Shown here: positions 31,483 to 41,376 of the stretch, in pieces
Layout: each line of letters begins with the position of its first letter
Numbering within the stretch: the first letter of the stretch is position 1
DNA from: Candidatus Helarchaeota archaeon
GTDB lineage: Archaea > Asgardarchaeota > Lokiarchaeia > Helarchaeales > RDOG01
DNA: 64,000 bases
Assembly (NCBI GenBank): GCA_019058315.1
Contig: JAHPZH010000002.1
Coordinates: 1 to 64,000 of the forward strand
Direction: 5' to 3'
Position numbers and translations under genes: made by a program
The notes under the pieces: model-generated
What the model saw: the letters and a program-made list of their open reading frames with translations, nothing else
What the model was told of the DNA's origin: nothing
The model's database searches: none

Positions 31483-32793
31483 TCATTTCAGCATTTCAAT
31501 AAAAGCACCAATTCTGGTCTTAATTTGCCCGATATTATCACCCGGACTATAAAAATCGAGTGGTATAATAGGAATTTCAAGTTCTTCAGTAACCCTATCC
31601 TTCATTTTACGAAATGCTGGTGTTGTAAACCGACAACCCCATACATGAGAAAAAAGAATTGCATCTGCTTGAATCCGTTTAGCAATACTCATCCAAACAT
31701 CAATCAAATCTTGGATTCCTTTTTGAATATTTAAATAAAGGAGATATTTCGCGTAATTTTCAATCATATCTCCCGATATTTTGATTGAGGGATTAAGAAT
31801 ACAACTTTCAAACAGATCTAGATAGAGTAAAACAGCATTATTATCTTCAAAAATAGCTGGTACACTAGGATCAATACCAGGGCTTCCTGCAACAACGACT
31901 CGAGTAATGTTTTCTTTATGATAATTAGGAAGATTTTTGTGTTTTCGACGGATTTCATTGAGGAGATTTCTTAAAGAGTTCCTATAATATTTTGGATCGC
32001 TTAAAAAGTCCACATAAGATCCGGAAATTAGAAATAATCCAGCAGTATGAATAGGAACATAACCTTTTATGTAATATTGATAAAGCTCTCGCAGATAACT
32101 CCTGATTTCATTGTTTATTATAGCAACTTTTCGCAATCTTGAATCTGTTATAGTAGATCCGGATAAATTCTCTAATGTTGTTATGAAACGATTAAGTTCA
32201 GAAATAACTAAATCTAATAAATGAGGGTTAGAAGAATCTCCATAAGGTTTCTCCAGATAAAAAATTGGTTTATTTTTACTAATTCGTTCATAAAATTTTG
32301 CAAAATGCACACAGTAATTCCCCTCAAATCCCCCCATAATTAAATCAATGATTGGTAAATTCCTCATAAACGCCCCATAACAGATACGTGTCTGAACACA
32401 AGTGTCCATGTAAAATTCTGCTTTCTCAGCTACGTTTATTAGATTAATAAATATCCTTGAGAATTCGTCTCTGTTGAAACTATCTATAAATGCATTTGAC
32501 ATTCGATCTTCATTTTGAATATAATATCGTATGAAATGTCTAAGGATATGGAGACGATTAAATACATGTGCAACACCATAATATTGCTCGTAAGGAAACC
32601 TCGCTAAGCGTGGTAGGAAGACTGGAAGCGTGTTTTTTGCAGCAAATACTAATTGCATGGGTGGTAAAAACCCCCCAACTATCTTTTTTCCGCGTTTATG
32701 GGCATTTGCAATTTTAGAAGGACCAAGTATATATTTAATACCAAGATCAAGCATGCTTTGCATCGAAAAATCTTCAATTTGGTGATTAATCAA
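31483..32793 (-). CDS. 2-hydroxyacyl-CoA dehydratase D-component family subunit
   Basis: DTC, NYC, WGC and C-terminal GQIKTRIGAFIEML. Confidence 0.85.
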   Translation of the reverse strand: MINHQIEDFSMQSMLDLGIKYILGPSKIANAHKRGKKIVGGFLPPMQLVFAAKNTLPVFLPRLARFPYEQYYGVAHVFNRLHILRHFIRYYIQNEDRMSNAFIDSFNRDEFSRIFINLINVAEKAEFYMDTCVQTRICYGAFMRNLPIIDLIMGGFEGNYCVHFAKFYERISKNKPIFYLEKPYGDSSNPHLLDLVISELNRFITTLENLSGSTITDSRLRKVAIINNEIRSYLRELYQYYIKGYVPIHTAGLFLISGSYVDFLSDPKYYRNSLRNLLNEIRRKHKNLPNYHKENITRVVVAGSPGIDPSVPAIFEDNNAVLLYLDLFESCILNPSIKISGDMIENYAKYLLYLNIQKGIQDLIDVWMSIAKRIQADAILFSHVWGCRFTTPAFRKMKDRVTEELEIPIIPLDFYSPGDNIGQIKTRIGAFIEMLK

Positions 32794-33896
32794 ATAATCA
32801 TCTCCAAAAATGCCTCTATTCTGGTTTGAATTTGTCCAACAGTCGATTCAGCATAATCTCTGTCTAAGTCCAGAACTGGTATATTTTTTTCAGTCATTTC
32901 TTTCCGGAAATCCGTCTTTAAATTTGAATATGAGTCACAGAATTTTAAGGTATGATTGATTATGCCAGAAGCTCGAAATTTTTGATATAACTCTAGAATT
33001 ATCGGAATTCGGGAGTCAGGAATCATTCGACCACATAGATTTCTACAAAGATATCGTGTAGCGAGGGCTCTAAATGGATCTGAATCTGTTATATTCACAT
33101 CTTCAAGAAAATAATCCGAAGAAAAGCAGAGATCATCTGCTACTACCAAACCCCCACAAAGTTCTTCAATAGTCTCTATTAGAGGATCTCCAAGAGTTAT
33201 TACGCTCCCTGTTAAAAAAATTCGGGTTCCCGAATGATTTGGAGGGTTTTTCCTTATTTGCTGTAAAAAATCTTGTAATTTTGGTATCATAAATTTAGGA
33301 CCTAATAATAGAGCTTGACAGACTAATTTGTGAATAGTTTGTCCACAAACTGGAGGATTGGGCTTCTTGCGAAAATCATTTATTTCTCTAAAAAGTGAGC
33401 GAAGTTGATTATATTCTTTGATTGCGACTAAAAGATTTTTGGTAGTAATTTTATTTCCTGTTAATTTTTCAAGATAATTTGTTAGTTTATGTAATTCATT
33501 CAAGTAATAATCAAAAACTAAACCGGTACTACGATGTGGGATAATTATTGGCATAGAAGGTATTTTAAAATATTCTAAATAGTTCGAAACATTCTGAACT
33601 CCATTACAGAATGTTCCAACAATCATTGTATCTATTAATGAATAAAGTGGATGTTGTTTCTCTAAAAAACCAAGAGTTGCTCGACCAAATGGACAAGTTG
33701 TAGCTGATAAATATTGATCTCCAATCTCTTGTTCATCTTCTCCTCCTAAAATAAGTCTTAATGGAATTGCACCTGCAGCTAACACCAATTCATCGGGGAA
33801 AATTCCATGTTGAACAACACCAACGATTTTCGAGCCCTCATCTTTATAATTTTTTAGGACTTCGATTGTCTCCTTTATTATTATTTCTATACTCAT
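32790..33896 (-). CDS. 2-hydroxyacyl-CoA dehydratase D-component family subunit
   Basis: PDELVLAAG, CPF, KFCD, GQIQTRIEAFLEM. Confidence 0.9.
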   Translation of the reverse strand: MSIEIIIKETIEVLKNYKDEGSKIVGVVQHGIFPDELVLAAGAIPLRLILGGEDEQEIGDQYLSATTCPFGRATLGFLEKQHPLYSLIDTMIVGTFCNGVQNVSNYLEYFKIPSMPIIIPHRSTGLVFDYYLNELHKLTNYLEKLTGNKITTKNLLVAIKEYNQLRSLFREINDFRKKPNPPVCGQTIHKLVCQALLLGPKFMIPKLQDFLQQIRKNPPNHSGTRIFLTGSVITLGDPLIETIEELCGGLVVADDLCFSSDYFLEDVNITDSDPFRALATRYLCRNLCGRMIPDSRIPIILELYQKFRASGIINHTLKFCDSYSNLKTDFRKEMTEKNIPVLDLDRDYAESTVGQIQTRIEAFLEMII

Positions 33897-33963
33897 GATT
33901 TATTTCTAAACCTTCTATAAATTTTCAAAATTATGTAAATATGAATATTTTAAGGTTATATAA

Positions 33964-34019
33964 TTATATATGTTCTAAAAATATTTCTATTTTTGTCCGA
34001 ATTTGGTCTAAATCGCTTT
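33964..34019 (-). pseudogene. Diverged duplicate of the 3' end of dehydratase gene 36683..37792
   Basis: SDLDQIRTKIEIFLEHI* versus SDLEQIRTRIEAFLETI*; 48/56 nt identical. Confidence 0.8.
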
Positions 34020-34145
34020 ATCGCTAGATCTGTTGTTAATCGTCAATTTTTTTAATTTCTTTAGTAATTCTATTTAGACTACAAGTTTGAAAGAATTTGT
34101 CAAGAATCATCTTTTTATTCAGCAAAGACTATTTAAATTACTAAT

Positions 34146-35468
34146 TTGTTTAGAGAAATTATTTACTTCCTATTAGATACCTCAGATTTATTTCAATTAG
34201 ATAGGATGTCATTTAATATGCATGAAAAAAACCTACCTTATATAGTTAATGCGGAATTAATTAGTTCGGATGAAGCGAAACAGGTTAGACGTGAAGCATT
34301 AAATGAATTAAAAATACTTTTGAAAAAAATGACTGCAGATTTAACAAAATTAACAGTTGCTGGTAAAAAAAGCAGTCAAATGAATCTTAATGCATTAAAA
34401 TCGATACAAAACAAATTGGAGGTTCTTAGAGAAGACACAGAGAAAGCTGAAGAGGATAGTTTAAACACCAAAAAGTGGATAGGACAGATCAAAATAATAA
34501 TGAATCTTTTTAATCAAATCAACGATGAGGAATTAAAACCTTCTTTAATTGAACCTGAGACCAATGTATTATTGGTCCAATTTAAGATTGCCTTAATTGC
34601 TGATGCGAATATCATTATTAATAATCCAGATAAGGCTCTAATTGATTATAAGGATTTCACCTTCTCAGGTGAATATGAACGTCTCGGAAAGGAGTTCCAA
34701 ACGTTATTCCCTAAATTTTTTGGGTATCGAGTGGAAATAGATTCCAGATTCCATGGCTTTTCAGTTGATTTGGAGGGAAGTCCTCCAACTATCAATGCTA
34801 TAATAGAATCACCCGTAAAGGCAATCGAACCACTAATAATAGAATTTCTTAATTGGCAACTACGTAAGATTGGGTTTACAATGATATTTGAGTTCACTAT
34901 AATAGACCAAAATGGGATGATTTGTGATATTGATTTTATCGATTCTGAGGATCCTCTTCAAACAATCATAGAATATCAGCAAGAACAAGTCGAACCATCG
35001 AAGATCGATGCAAAGAATCTGAATAAATTCTTAATAGGTCAGTTGAAAACGGAAGTAGATAATAGTTGGAAAAAAACGTCTTATGAAAGAGCAGAGTTTT
35101 ATCCCCCCGCTGGTAAGATTACCATAAAGTCTGTAGGTCAATGGTTGTGGATCAAATCTCAGGTCATATATGGCGGGGTGCGCTGGGATCCTTCAACGGA
35201 TAGGTCTGGTGGGGATTTTGAATCGACAGAAAGATGGTATGATTGGGTCGGGTTCGCAAAATCCGCACCTAAAAAAGTCTCCCACTCTGAAGAATTGGAT
35301 AAATGGGCAGAAATCAAAACCAGTTATTATATTCACAATCTTCTCCATGAAGGACGTAAGATTATCGAAATTACAGAAGGAGGAGAGGTGAAAATTCAGG
35401 TTGATATATTTCGATATCCAAATGTCGAATCTAGTTATGAACAAATAACGTTGAAAAAATCCGAATGA
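34146..35468 (+). CDS. Hypothetical protein (coiled-coil N-terminus)
   Basis: 440-aa ORF, no recognised motif. Confidence 0.65.
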   Translation: MFREIIYFLLDTSDLFQLDRMSFNMHEKNLPYIVNAELISSDEAKQVRREALNELKILLKKMTADLTKLTVAGKKSSQMNLNALKSIQNKLEVLREDTEKAEEDSLNTKKWIGQIKIIMNLFNQINDEELKPSLIEPETNVLLVQFKIALIADANIIINNPDKALIDYKDFTFSGEYERLGKEFQTLFPKFFGYRVEIDSRFHGFSVDLEGSPPTINAIIESPVKAIEPLIIEFLNWQLRKIGFTMIFEFTIIDQNGMICDIDFIDSEDPLQTIIEYQQEQVEPSKIDAKNLNKFLIGQLKTEVDNSWKKTSYERAEFYPPAGKITIKSVGQWLWIKSQVIYGGVRWDPSTDRSGGDFESTERWYDWVGFAKSAPKKVSHSEELDKWAEIKTSYYIHNLLHEGRKIIEITEGGEVKIQVDIFRYPNVESSYEQITLKKSE

Positions 35469-35528
35469 TTTTTTTTGTAATTACCAGATTCTAGATTAGA
35501 AACAATGGTTAAAATCAAAAAAGATATA

Positions 35529-36644
35529 TTATTCTATTATCTTTTTATGTTTTTTCATTCTTTTACCTGCTAGATATAGTATACAGCAACCTGGGCAGAT
35601 AGACATTAATTTGTGTTGATTCATATAAGAACGGAATATTCGATATTTTTCCCCGTTCCAAATCTCTTCGAAACTATGCTCGTGTAAATTACCCATCACC
35701 AAATCATAAAAAATATGACATGGAGCCAAATCTCCTGAGGCTGTAATATCGAGTCCTACCCAAGGAACTGGGCAAGAACGGTATTTATCGGTCATTTCGT
35801 CCCAATTAGCCCCGAGATAAGCTTTAAGATTTTCAGGAGAGAAGGTGGGTGGTAAAAATAATGTAAATTTTCCGAGTTTTTTTAATTGTTTATTTACTTT
35901 ATTTGCTTGCCGAGCTAGCTCTTTTGTGTCCATTTTATTAAAATATTCAGGAGAACGAACAAATCCTCGCCAATATTCTTCGCTTGTAATCCCTAATTCG
36001 GATCTAAGCATCTCTGCATAAGCAATTCCCATCTTTTTAGTAATAAAATTCTCCATCTGAATTGTTATCCAATTGATAGCTGAAAGATCAAGATCTTTAA
36101 GGAAAAATTGCTCTATATATCGGTAATTTTCAGGAGTCACTGTATAAATGATGCTAATTAAGGGACTTTGTTTTCCAGAATCTTGTTTTTCTTGCTGAAG
36201 GGCTTCAATACCTTCAATAGCCTTACTATAGCTACCATTCCCACGTTGCGAGTCATTTACTTCACGAGGACCGTCAATGGAAACTCTTATAGAATCGAAT
36301 CCAGTTTGAACAAGCATAGCTGCGTGTTTTTTCAAGAGTGTACCATTTGTTGGAGTATCTAAAAATGATCCTGCATCCTTCATTTCTCGAATTATTTCTT
36401 CCAAATGGGGATGCATAAGAGGTTCACCACCAAAAAAACTATAAGAGGGTTTGGCTGGGGCTAAATCGTGAACAACTTGTTTAATTAAATCAAATTCTAG
36501 AATTAATGGTTTTTTATTAGATTCGGGATTAGAATAACAACCTTTTTCACCCCAAAAATAACACATTTTACAACGAAGATTACAAGTCTCCGTAAGTTGG
36601 ATTGCAAGATTTTTAGGTAATTTGACTTTTTTATTTTCTGTCAT
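35529..36644 (-). CDS. Radical SAM/SPASM-twitch protein
   Basis: CNLRCKMC, GGEP, CPVPW, GDLAPC, GNL, CPGC. Confidence 0.93.
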   Translation of the reverse strand: MTENKKVKLPKNLAIQLTETCNLRCKMCYFWGEKGCYSNPESNKKPLILEFDLIKQVVHDLAPAKPSYSFFGGEPLMHPHLEEIIREMKDAGSFLDTPTNGTLLKKHAAMLVQTGFDSIRVSIDGPREVNDSQRGNGSYSKAIEGIEALQQEKQDSGKQSPLISIIYTVTPENYRYIEQFFLKDLDLSAINWITIQMENFITKKMGIAYAEMLRSELGITSEEYWRGFVRSPEYFNKMDTKELARQANKVNKQLKKLGKFTLFLPPTFSPENLKAYLGANWDEMTDKYRSCPVPWVGLDITASGDLAPCHIFYDLVMGNLHEHSFEEIWNGEKYRIFRSYMNQHKLMSICPGCCILYLAGKRMKKHKKIIE

Positions 36645-36682
36645 ATTATTTCCGTAAAATTAAATTTTAACAAATTAATATG

Positions 36683-37792
36683 TTATATAGTTTCTAAAAA
36701 TGCTTCTATTCTTGTTCTAATTTGTTCTAAATCGCTTTGGGCATATTCTCTAACAACGGTTAGAACGGGGAATTCTAATTTTTCTTGAAAATACTCTTTA
36801 AATGGATAATTTTTCAGTTGATAAGGATCACAAAATTTCAAGTTGTAATTAATAATACCTAGAGCATTATAAGCTTCGTAAATACCTTTAATAAACTCAA
36901 ATCTTGATGAATCTGGATACATTCTTGCACAAGGTATTTTGGTTAAATATCTTTCAGTTAGGGATTGAATTGGATCGCTATTCATTACGACATTATCCCA
37001 ATAATATCTCATTCCACTGCAAATATCATCTCCAACAACTAAACCATCTAAACTTTCAATAAATTCTACTATATGATCCCCAAATGCAATATTACTTCCA
37101 GAAATAATGACTCTTTTACCATTTAAATTTCGTCTTTTATTTACTAATTGAGGAAAAATCTGACGTAACTTTTGAAGCATCTCTTGTTTTTCATTAAGAA
37201 AAGTCTCTTGGATCAGATATTGACTCTCAGTTCCAGAAATTGGTGGATTATTATTCATTCTTAACTCGTTTATTTTTTTTAACTCCGTCCTCAACTCATT
37301 ATACAATCTTATCGAATTTAAAATATCATCATTTGATATTTTTGAACCAGTAAAAATTTCAATATTTTTCTTAAAAAGTAAAATTTCTTTATAGAAATAT
37401 TTCATTGATGGAGCATCTGTTTTTCTGGGAGTGTCTAAATTAATAACTGGAATTTTTAGATATTTTGAATAATCTTGAATTGACTCCATGCCGTTACAAT
37501 AATTTCCGGTTATCAACAAATCACATTGCGAATAAAGTGGGTGATTATCCAATAAAAATCCCAATGTTGATCGGGCATAGGGACAAGTCCCGACCGACAT
37601 ATATTCTCCACCTTTTAAAACCATATCTTCAACCCCCCCTAAATTTAATCTTAAAGGAAATGCTTTTGAGGCATATATGATTTCCTCAGGGACAAATGAG
37701 CATGTAAAGCCTATAATTTTAATTCCTTCCTTTTTCAAGGTTCGGATTTTTCCAACATATTCATTTAATGATGGCTTTTCAATTATAGGCAA
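36683..37792 (-). CDS. 2-hydroxyacyl-CoA dehydratase D-component family subunit
   Basis: VPEEIIYA, CPY, KFCDP, QIRTRIEAFLE. Confidence 0.9.
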   Translation of the reverse strand: MPIIEKPSLNEYVGKIRTLKKEGIKIIGFTCSFVPEEIIYASKAFPLRLNLGGVEDMVLKGGEYMSVGTCPYARSTLGFLLDNHPLYSQCDLLITGNYCNGMESIQDYSKYLKIPVINLDTPRKTDAPSMKYFYKEILLFKKNIEIFTGSKISNDDILNSIRLYNELRTELKKINELRMNNNPPISGTESQYLIQETFLNEKQEMLQKLRQIFPQLVNKRRNLNGKRVIISGSNIAFGDHIVEFIESLDGLVVGDDICSGMRYYWDNVVMNSDPIQSLTERYLTKIPCARMYPDSSRFEFIKGIYEAYNALGIINYNLKFCDPYQLKNYPFKEYFQEKLEFPVLTVVREYAQSDLEQIRTRIEAFLETI

Positions 37793-37799
37793 ATTTTAT

Positions 37800-39035
37800 T
37801 TACCCCGTTAACAATTCAATAAATGCTCCAACTCGAGTCTTTAATTGGTCTAAATGCTCTCCAAACATATAAAAATCATTTAAAAGCACGGGAATTCCTA
37901 ATTCTTCCTGAAGCTCATCCTTATATAATCTTGCAGCAGGTGAGAATCGTCTACAACCCCAACATGAATTGTAAATTACCCCATCTATTTTAAAATCTTT
38001 AATAAGCTTTTTAGCAAAACGTAATCTGGGCTGTGTTCTCCAACTATGATAAATTTCTAATTGATGCTTAGCAATATTATTTCTAATATCACCTCGGATA
38101 TTAAGATCTACTTGTGGATATACCCATTCATACCTCATTGTTACAGCTATAATTATACCCCCCAAAGTTTCAACTATGTCTGGTAATTGAGGTTCCATGG
38201 TTCCATTTCCTGCGATTAAAATTCTAGGAGCTTTATCATCAACAATACTATCTCCTCTATCTATTTTTTCAGCCATCTCATCATAAAGGTCATTTAATAA
38301 CCGTTTTAAGAATTGAGGGTCGGAAAACCAATCAAATATTCCATAATTTAAAATATTTATAATTGTGCTAGCATGAATTGGAATAACTTTATTTTTTAGC
38401 AATTCATAGACTTTCCACCATTTGCTTCTAATTTCATTTGACATTAAAACAGAATCTCTTAAATCATCATCAGATGGGCGAAATCCGGTCAAATTTACGA
38501 GTCTTTCAAATAATAAGTCAAATTCATCCCTCATTTTTTCAAAATCATGTTCTCTAGTTTTATGAGGTGCATCAACAAGCTGGACTGGAAGAAAATTTTC
38601 GTTAATTATTTCCCAAATTTTGGTTTGTTTATCACATGTTTGGGGTCCAATCCAAAAATCCATTAGATCCTTTGTAAGTAATATACAACCGTAAATAGTC
38701 CTTATCTGAACACATTGATCAGTCTCACATCCAAATGCTTCCCCTTCATTGACTGCATTTTTAAGACTAATATCAGCATTACTCAAAGCATCAAAGGTTC
38801 CCAAATGTAATCTAAGTGGAAAAATCGGTAATGTATTTTGAAAAGCATAGATTAAATCACAAGGAGGTAAACATATACCTACAATTTTTTTACCTTTACG
38901 CCTATTTTTCTTAATAAAAGATCGTGTATTTATCCAATGACTGATTAGATCCCTAACAGCTTTAAAATTATTAATATCCTTCATTATCCCTAATTCTGTT
39001 TCTATATCTTTAAACAAATCAGTCAAATGTAACAT
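37800..39035 (-). CDS. 2-hydroxyacyl-CoA dehydratase D-component family subunit
   Basis: DQC, TCD, WGC, QLKTRVGAFIE. Confidence 0.88.
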   Translation of the reverse strand: MLHLTDLFKDIETELGIMKDINNFKAVRDLISHWINTRSFIKKNRRKGKKIVGICLPPCDLIYAFQNTLPIFPLRLHLGTFDALSNADISLKNAVNEGEAFGCETDQCVQIRTIYGCILLTKDLMDFWIGPQTCDKQTKIWEIINENFLPVQLVDAPHKTREHDFEKMRDEFDLLFERLVNLTGFRPSDDDLRDSVLMSNEIRSKWWKVYELLKNKVIPIHASTIINILNYGIFDWFSDPQFLKRLLNDLYDEMAEKIDRGDSIVDDKAPRILIAGNGTMEPQLPDIVETLGGIIIAVTMRYEWVYPQVDLNIRGDIRNNIAKHQLEIYHSWRTQPRLRFAKKLIKDFKIDGVIYNSCWGCRRFSPAARLYKDELQEELGIPVLLNDFYMFGEHLDQLKTRVGAFIELLTG

Positions 39036-39324
39036 AAGAATTACCTAATTGTTAACAATTTTTTCAGTTTTTTAGAATATTGTTTTATAATCGTAAATTT
39101 TCTTAGTATATAACATAAGTAAAATCAATTTTACCTCTTTCATCAAAAATTTTTATATAATGCGCATTACAATAAAAATAATGATGAGTTATAACAATCA
39201 TTTATCAGAAAAAGAATTTGAAGATTTCTTCGAGAAGGGGTTAGAAGATTTAAAGAAAGATCTATCTAAAGGAAAAAATAACGTTAAAAAATGATTAAAT
39301 AAAGATTCATATATGATTTACCTA

Positions 39325-40308
39325 TTATTTAGGATATTTATGCTTTTTTTCTTTAGATTTGTATATTATTCTTGCTAATTCTTTAAAAGCTTTTTCAACA
39401 TTCTCCCCAGTCTTTGCTGACGTTTCTATATAAAGATAACCTTTTTCTTTTGAAAAGTTTTCTGCTATTTCTTGTGAGACTTTACGTTCAAGATCAATTT
39501 TATTACCAACAAGTAGAACTGGAATTTCACCGAGATTCTCATAAAGTTCATTTATCCATTTAGGAATATGTTCGAAACTTTTAGGATCTGTAACATCATA
39601 AACCACAAGACATCCTGAGGCTTCTTGATAATACATTTTTCGCAAAGTTCCATATTTCTCCTGCCCTCCAGTATCCCATACATTCATTTTTGCTGTAATT
39701 TTTTCAACACCTGGCATAGGTTCAGTTCTATAATAGTGAAATTGAAGTTCCTTTACACCAAAATCTACGCCAAGTGTACTTTTTAAATCCTTTTTAAAAT
39801 AATCGTCAGTAAATCTAACTTTAATAGCTGTTTTTCCAACACCCGAATCCCCTGTTTCAATAATCTTGAAATTGAATACACTTCGGGCAACTATCATCGC
39901 TTCTCTTTCTGCCCATTCTTTGATTTTATCACCTTTTATAAGGTCATTTAAATCTTTTTCTAAATTTGATGGTTGTATTATTAAAAAATATCCTTTTTCA
40001 TAGGTATTTTCACTCAAATATTTTAAAGCGTCTAAATTTAAATCCTTGATATCTCCTGTTACAGGGCTATTGAATGTCACCATTCCATGTTCTGACTCAA
40101 TTGCAGCAAAAGGTTTTCCTTTTTCAACTCGATCTTTTTTAATAAAATCAATATCTCTTGCGTTTCCAATAAAATCAATTCCTAACTCATTTAACCCAAT
40201 TTTGCCATTTTCTGGATTAATATAAACGTGTTGAATTGTATAGGCTAAATCATCAGGAATTTCGTAACGTCCATCACCAACAATAACCATTTCTTTCTTT
40301 TCTCCCAT
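39325..40308 (-). CDS. GcvH-like domain fused to a Rab-like small GTPase
   Basis: N-terminal IPDDLAYT..H...IG...IESEHG...SPVTG; C-terminal GDSGVGKT, TLGVDF, WDTGGQE, NKID, SAK. Confidence 0.88.
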   Translation of the reverse strand: MGEKKEMVIVGDGRYEIPDDLAYTIQHVYINPENGKIGLNELGIDFIGNARDIDFIKKDRVEKGKPFAAIESEHGMVTFNSPVTGDIKDLNLDALKYLSENTYEKGYFLIIQPSNLEKDLNDLIKGDKIKEWAEREAMIVARSVFNFKIIETGDSGVGKTAIKVRFTDDYFKKDLKSTLGVDFGVKELQFHYYRTEPMPGVEKITAKMNVWDTGGQEKYGTLRKMYYQEASGCLVVYDVTDPKSFEHIPKWINELYENLGEIPVLLVGNKIDLERKVSQEIAENFSKEKGYLYIETSAKTGENVEKAFKELARIIYKSKEKKHKYPK

Positions 40309-40498
40309 TATTTTTATGGTTCATTTTATTTATATCATTAAAATAGATTAGCATAACAATTTTGACATTCTTTACAATATTTCAATTATATTGCAATGTT
40401 ATAATGTTTTAAATATTAAGTTTTTTGATTACTAATAAGATTTATTTTATAGAATTTAGGTTAAATTTATATCAAATGATGTAAAAGAGGCATGAAAT

Positions 40499-41341
40499 AT
40501 GTTTGGTTACATAATTTTACGAGACATTCCAAAAGAACAAGCTCAATTAGATTTATCTATTTATGAAATTAAGGGAGGTTTTCGTGGCTTTGCAGAAGTT
40601 TCACCAGGAATTCATTATGTTAGCGTTGATGTGGGTGGAAAGATGCATAAGGGGTTCTGGTGCTATTTAGAACCTTCCAGTGTAGTTGTAAAAGTTTATG
40701 ATTACGAAAACGATGAATTTAAAGATGATACTTCTGAAAATGAGGAGCAGTTTTCCAACATGGCTTTAAGTGGAGCTATGAATCGAGCTCTTATTCCGGT
40801 CATGCAACGTAATGCAAAGATGTCAACTGAATGGTTAAAATTAGTATCTCACATTAAAAAAAATAATTTTCCGATATCTCTGAATAAAGAAACACCCATG
40901 GAACCTCCTGAAAATCTCTCACCAGAAGAAATGTCAGAATACTATCTTAAAACACACAAATCTCGTTTTGAACAAGCTTTTTATGAAACTCATGGTGGAA
41001 ATAAAGAGAAATTTTTAGCCGAAATCCAATTTGCATTTGTACGTTCACTTGTTCATAAACCAGATGATGAGGCATTAGAGCGATGGTTGCATCTCTTACA
41101 GTCCATTTATAATGCAGGAGAGAGAAGTATTGATGCTGAACCTGAATTATTCCCTTTAATTATTGATATAATAATAACACAATTCAAAATTCTACCAGAT
41201 GATATGTTTTCATCTAATAGCAAAGTTATAAATCGTGTTCAATATTTAATCGAAGATATGATTGATACGGGAATTAAAGATGTTAAAGAAAAAGCTAAAG
41301 AGTTTGCTGAATATCTAAAATCAAGGGGTGTTTCAATTTAA
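40499..41341 (+). CDS. AAR2 family protein (homolog of the U5 snRNP assembly factor)
   Basis: IILRDIP..LDL..Y..FRGF..VSPGIHYV..GFW..VVVKVYD (N-domain) and LAEIQFAFV..LERW..LL (C-domain) match recalled AAR2 motifs. Confidence 0.8.
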   Translation: MFGYIILRDIPKEQAQLDLSIYEIKGGFRGFAEVSPGIHYVSVDVGGKMHKGFWCYLEPSSVVVKVYDYENDEFKDDTSENEEQFSNMALSGAMNRALIPVMQRNAKMSTEWLKLVSHIKKNNFPISLNKETPMEPPENLSPEEMSEYYLKTHKSRFEQAFYETHGGNKEKFLAEIQFAFVRSLVHKPDDEALERWLHLLQSIYNAGERSIDAEPELFPLIIDIIITQFKILPDDMFSSNSKVINRVQYLIEDMIDTGIKDVKEKAKEFAEYLKSRGVSI

Positions 41342-41376
41342 AAAAAAATGATAGGAAATAAGATGGTGAAAAAAGT

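Noticed and set aside
39160-39294. Short ORF (MMSYNNHLSEKEFEDFFEKG...) and similar sub-45-aa ORFs near 55545 and 56815
   Set aside because: No motif or other support; may be gene remnants.
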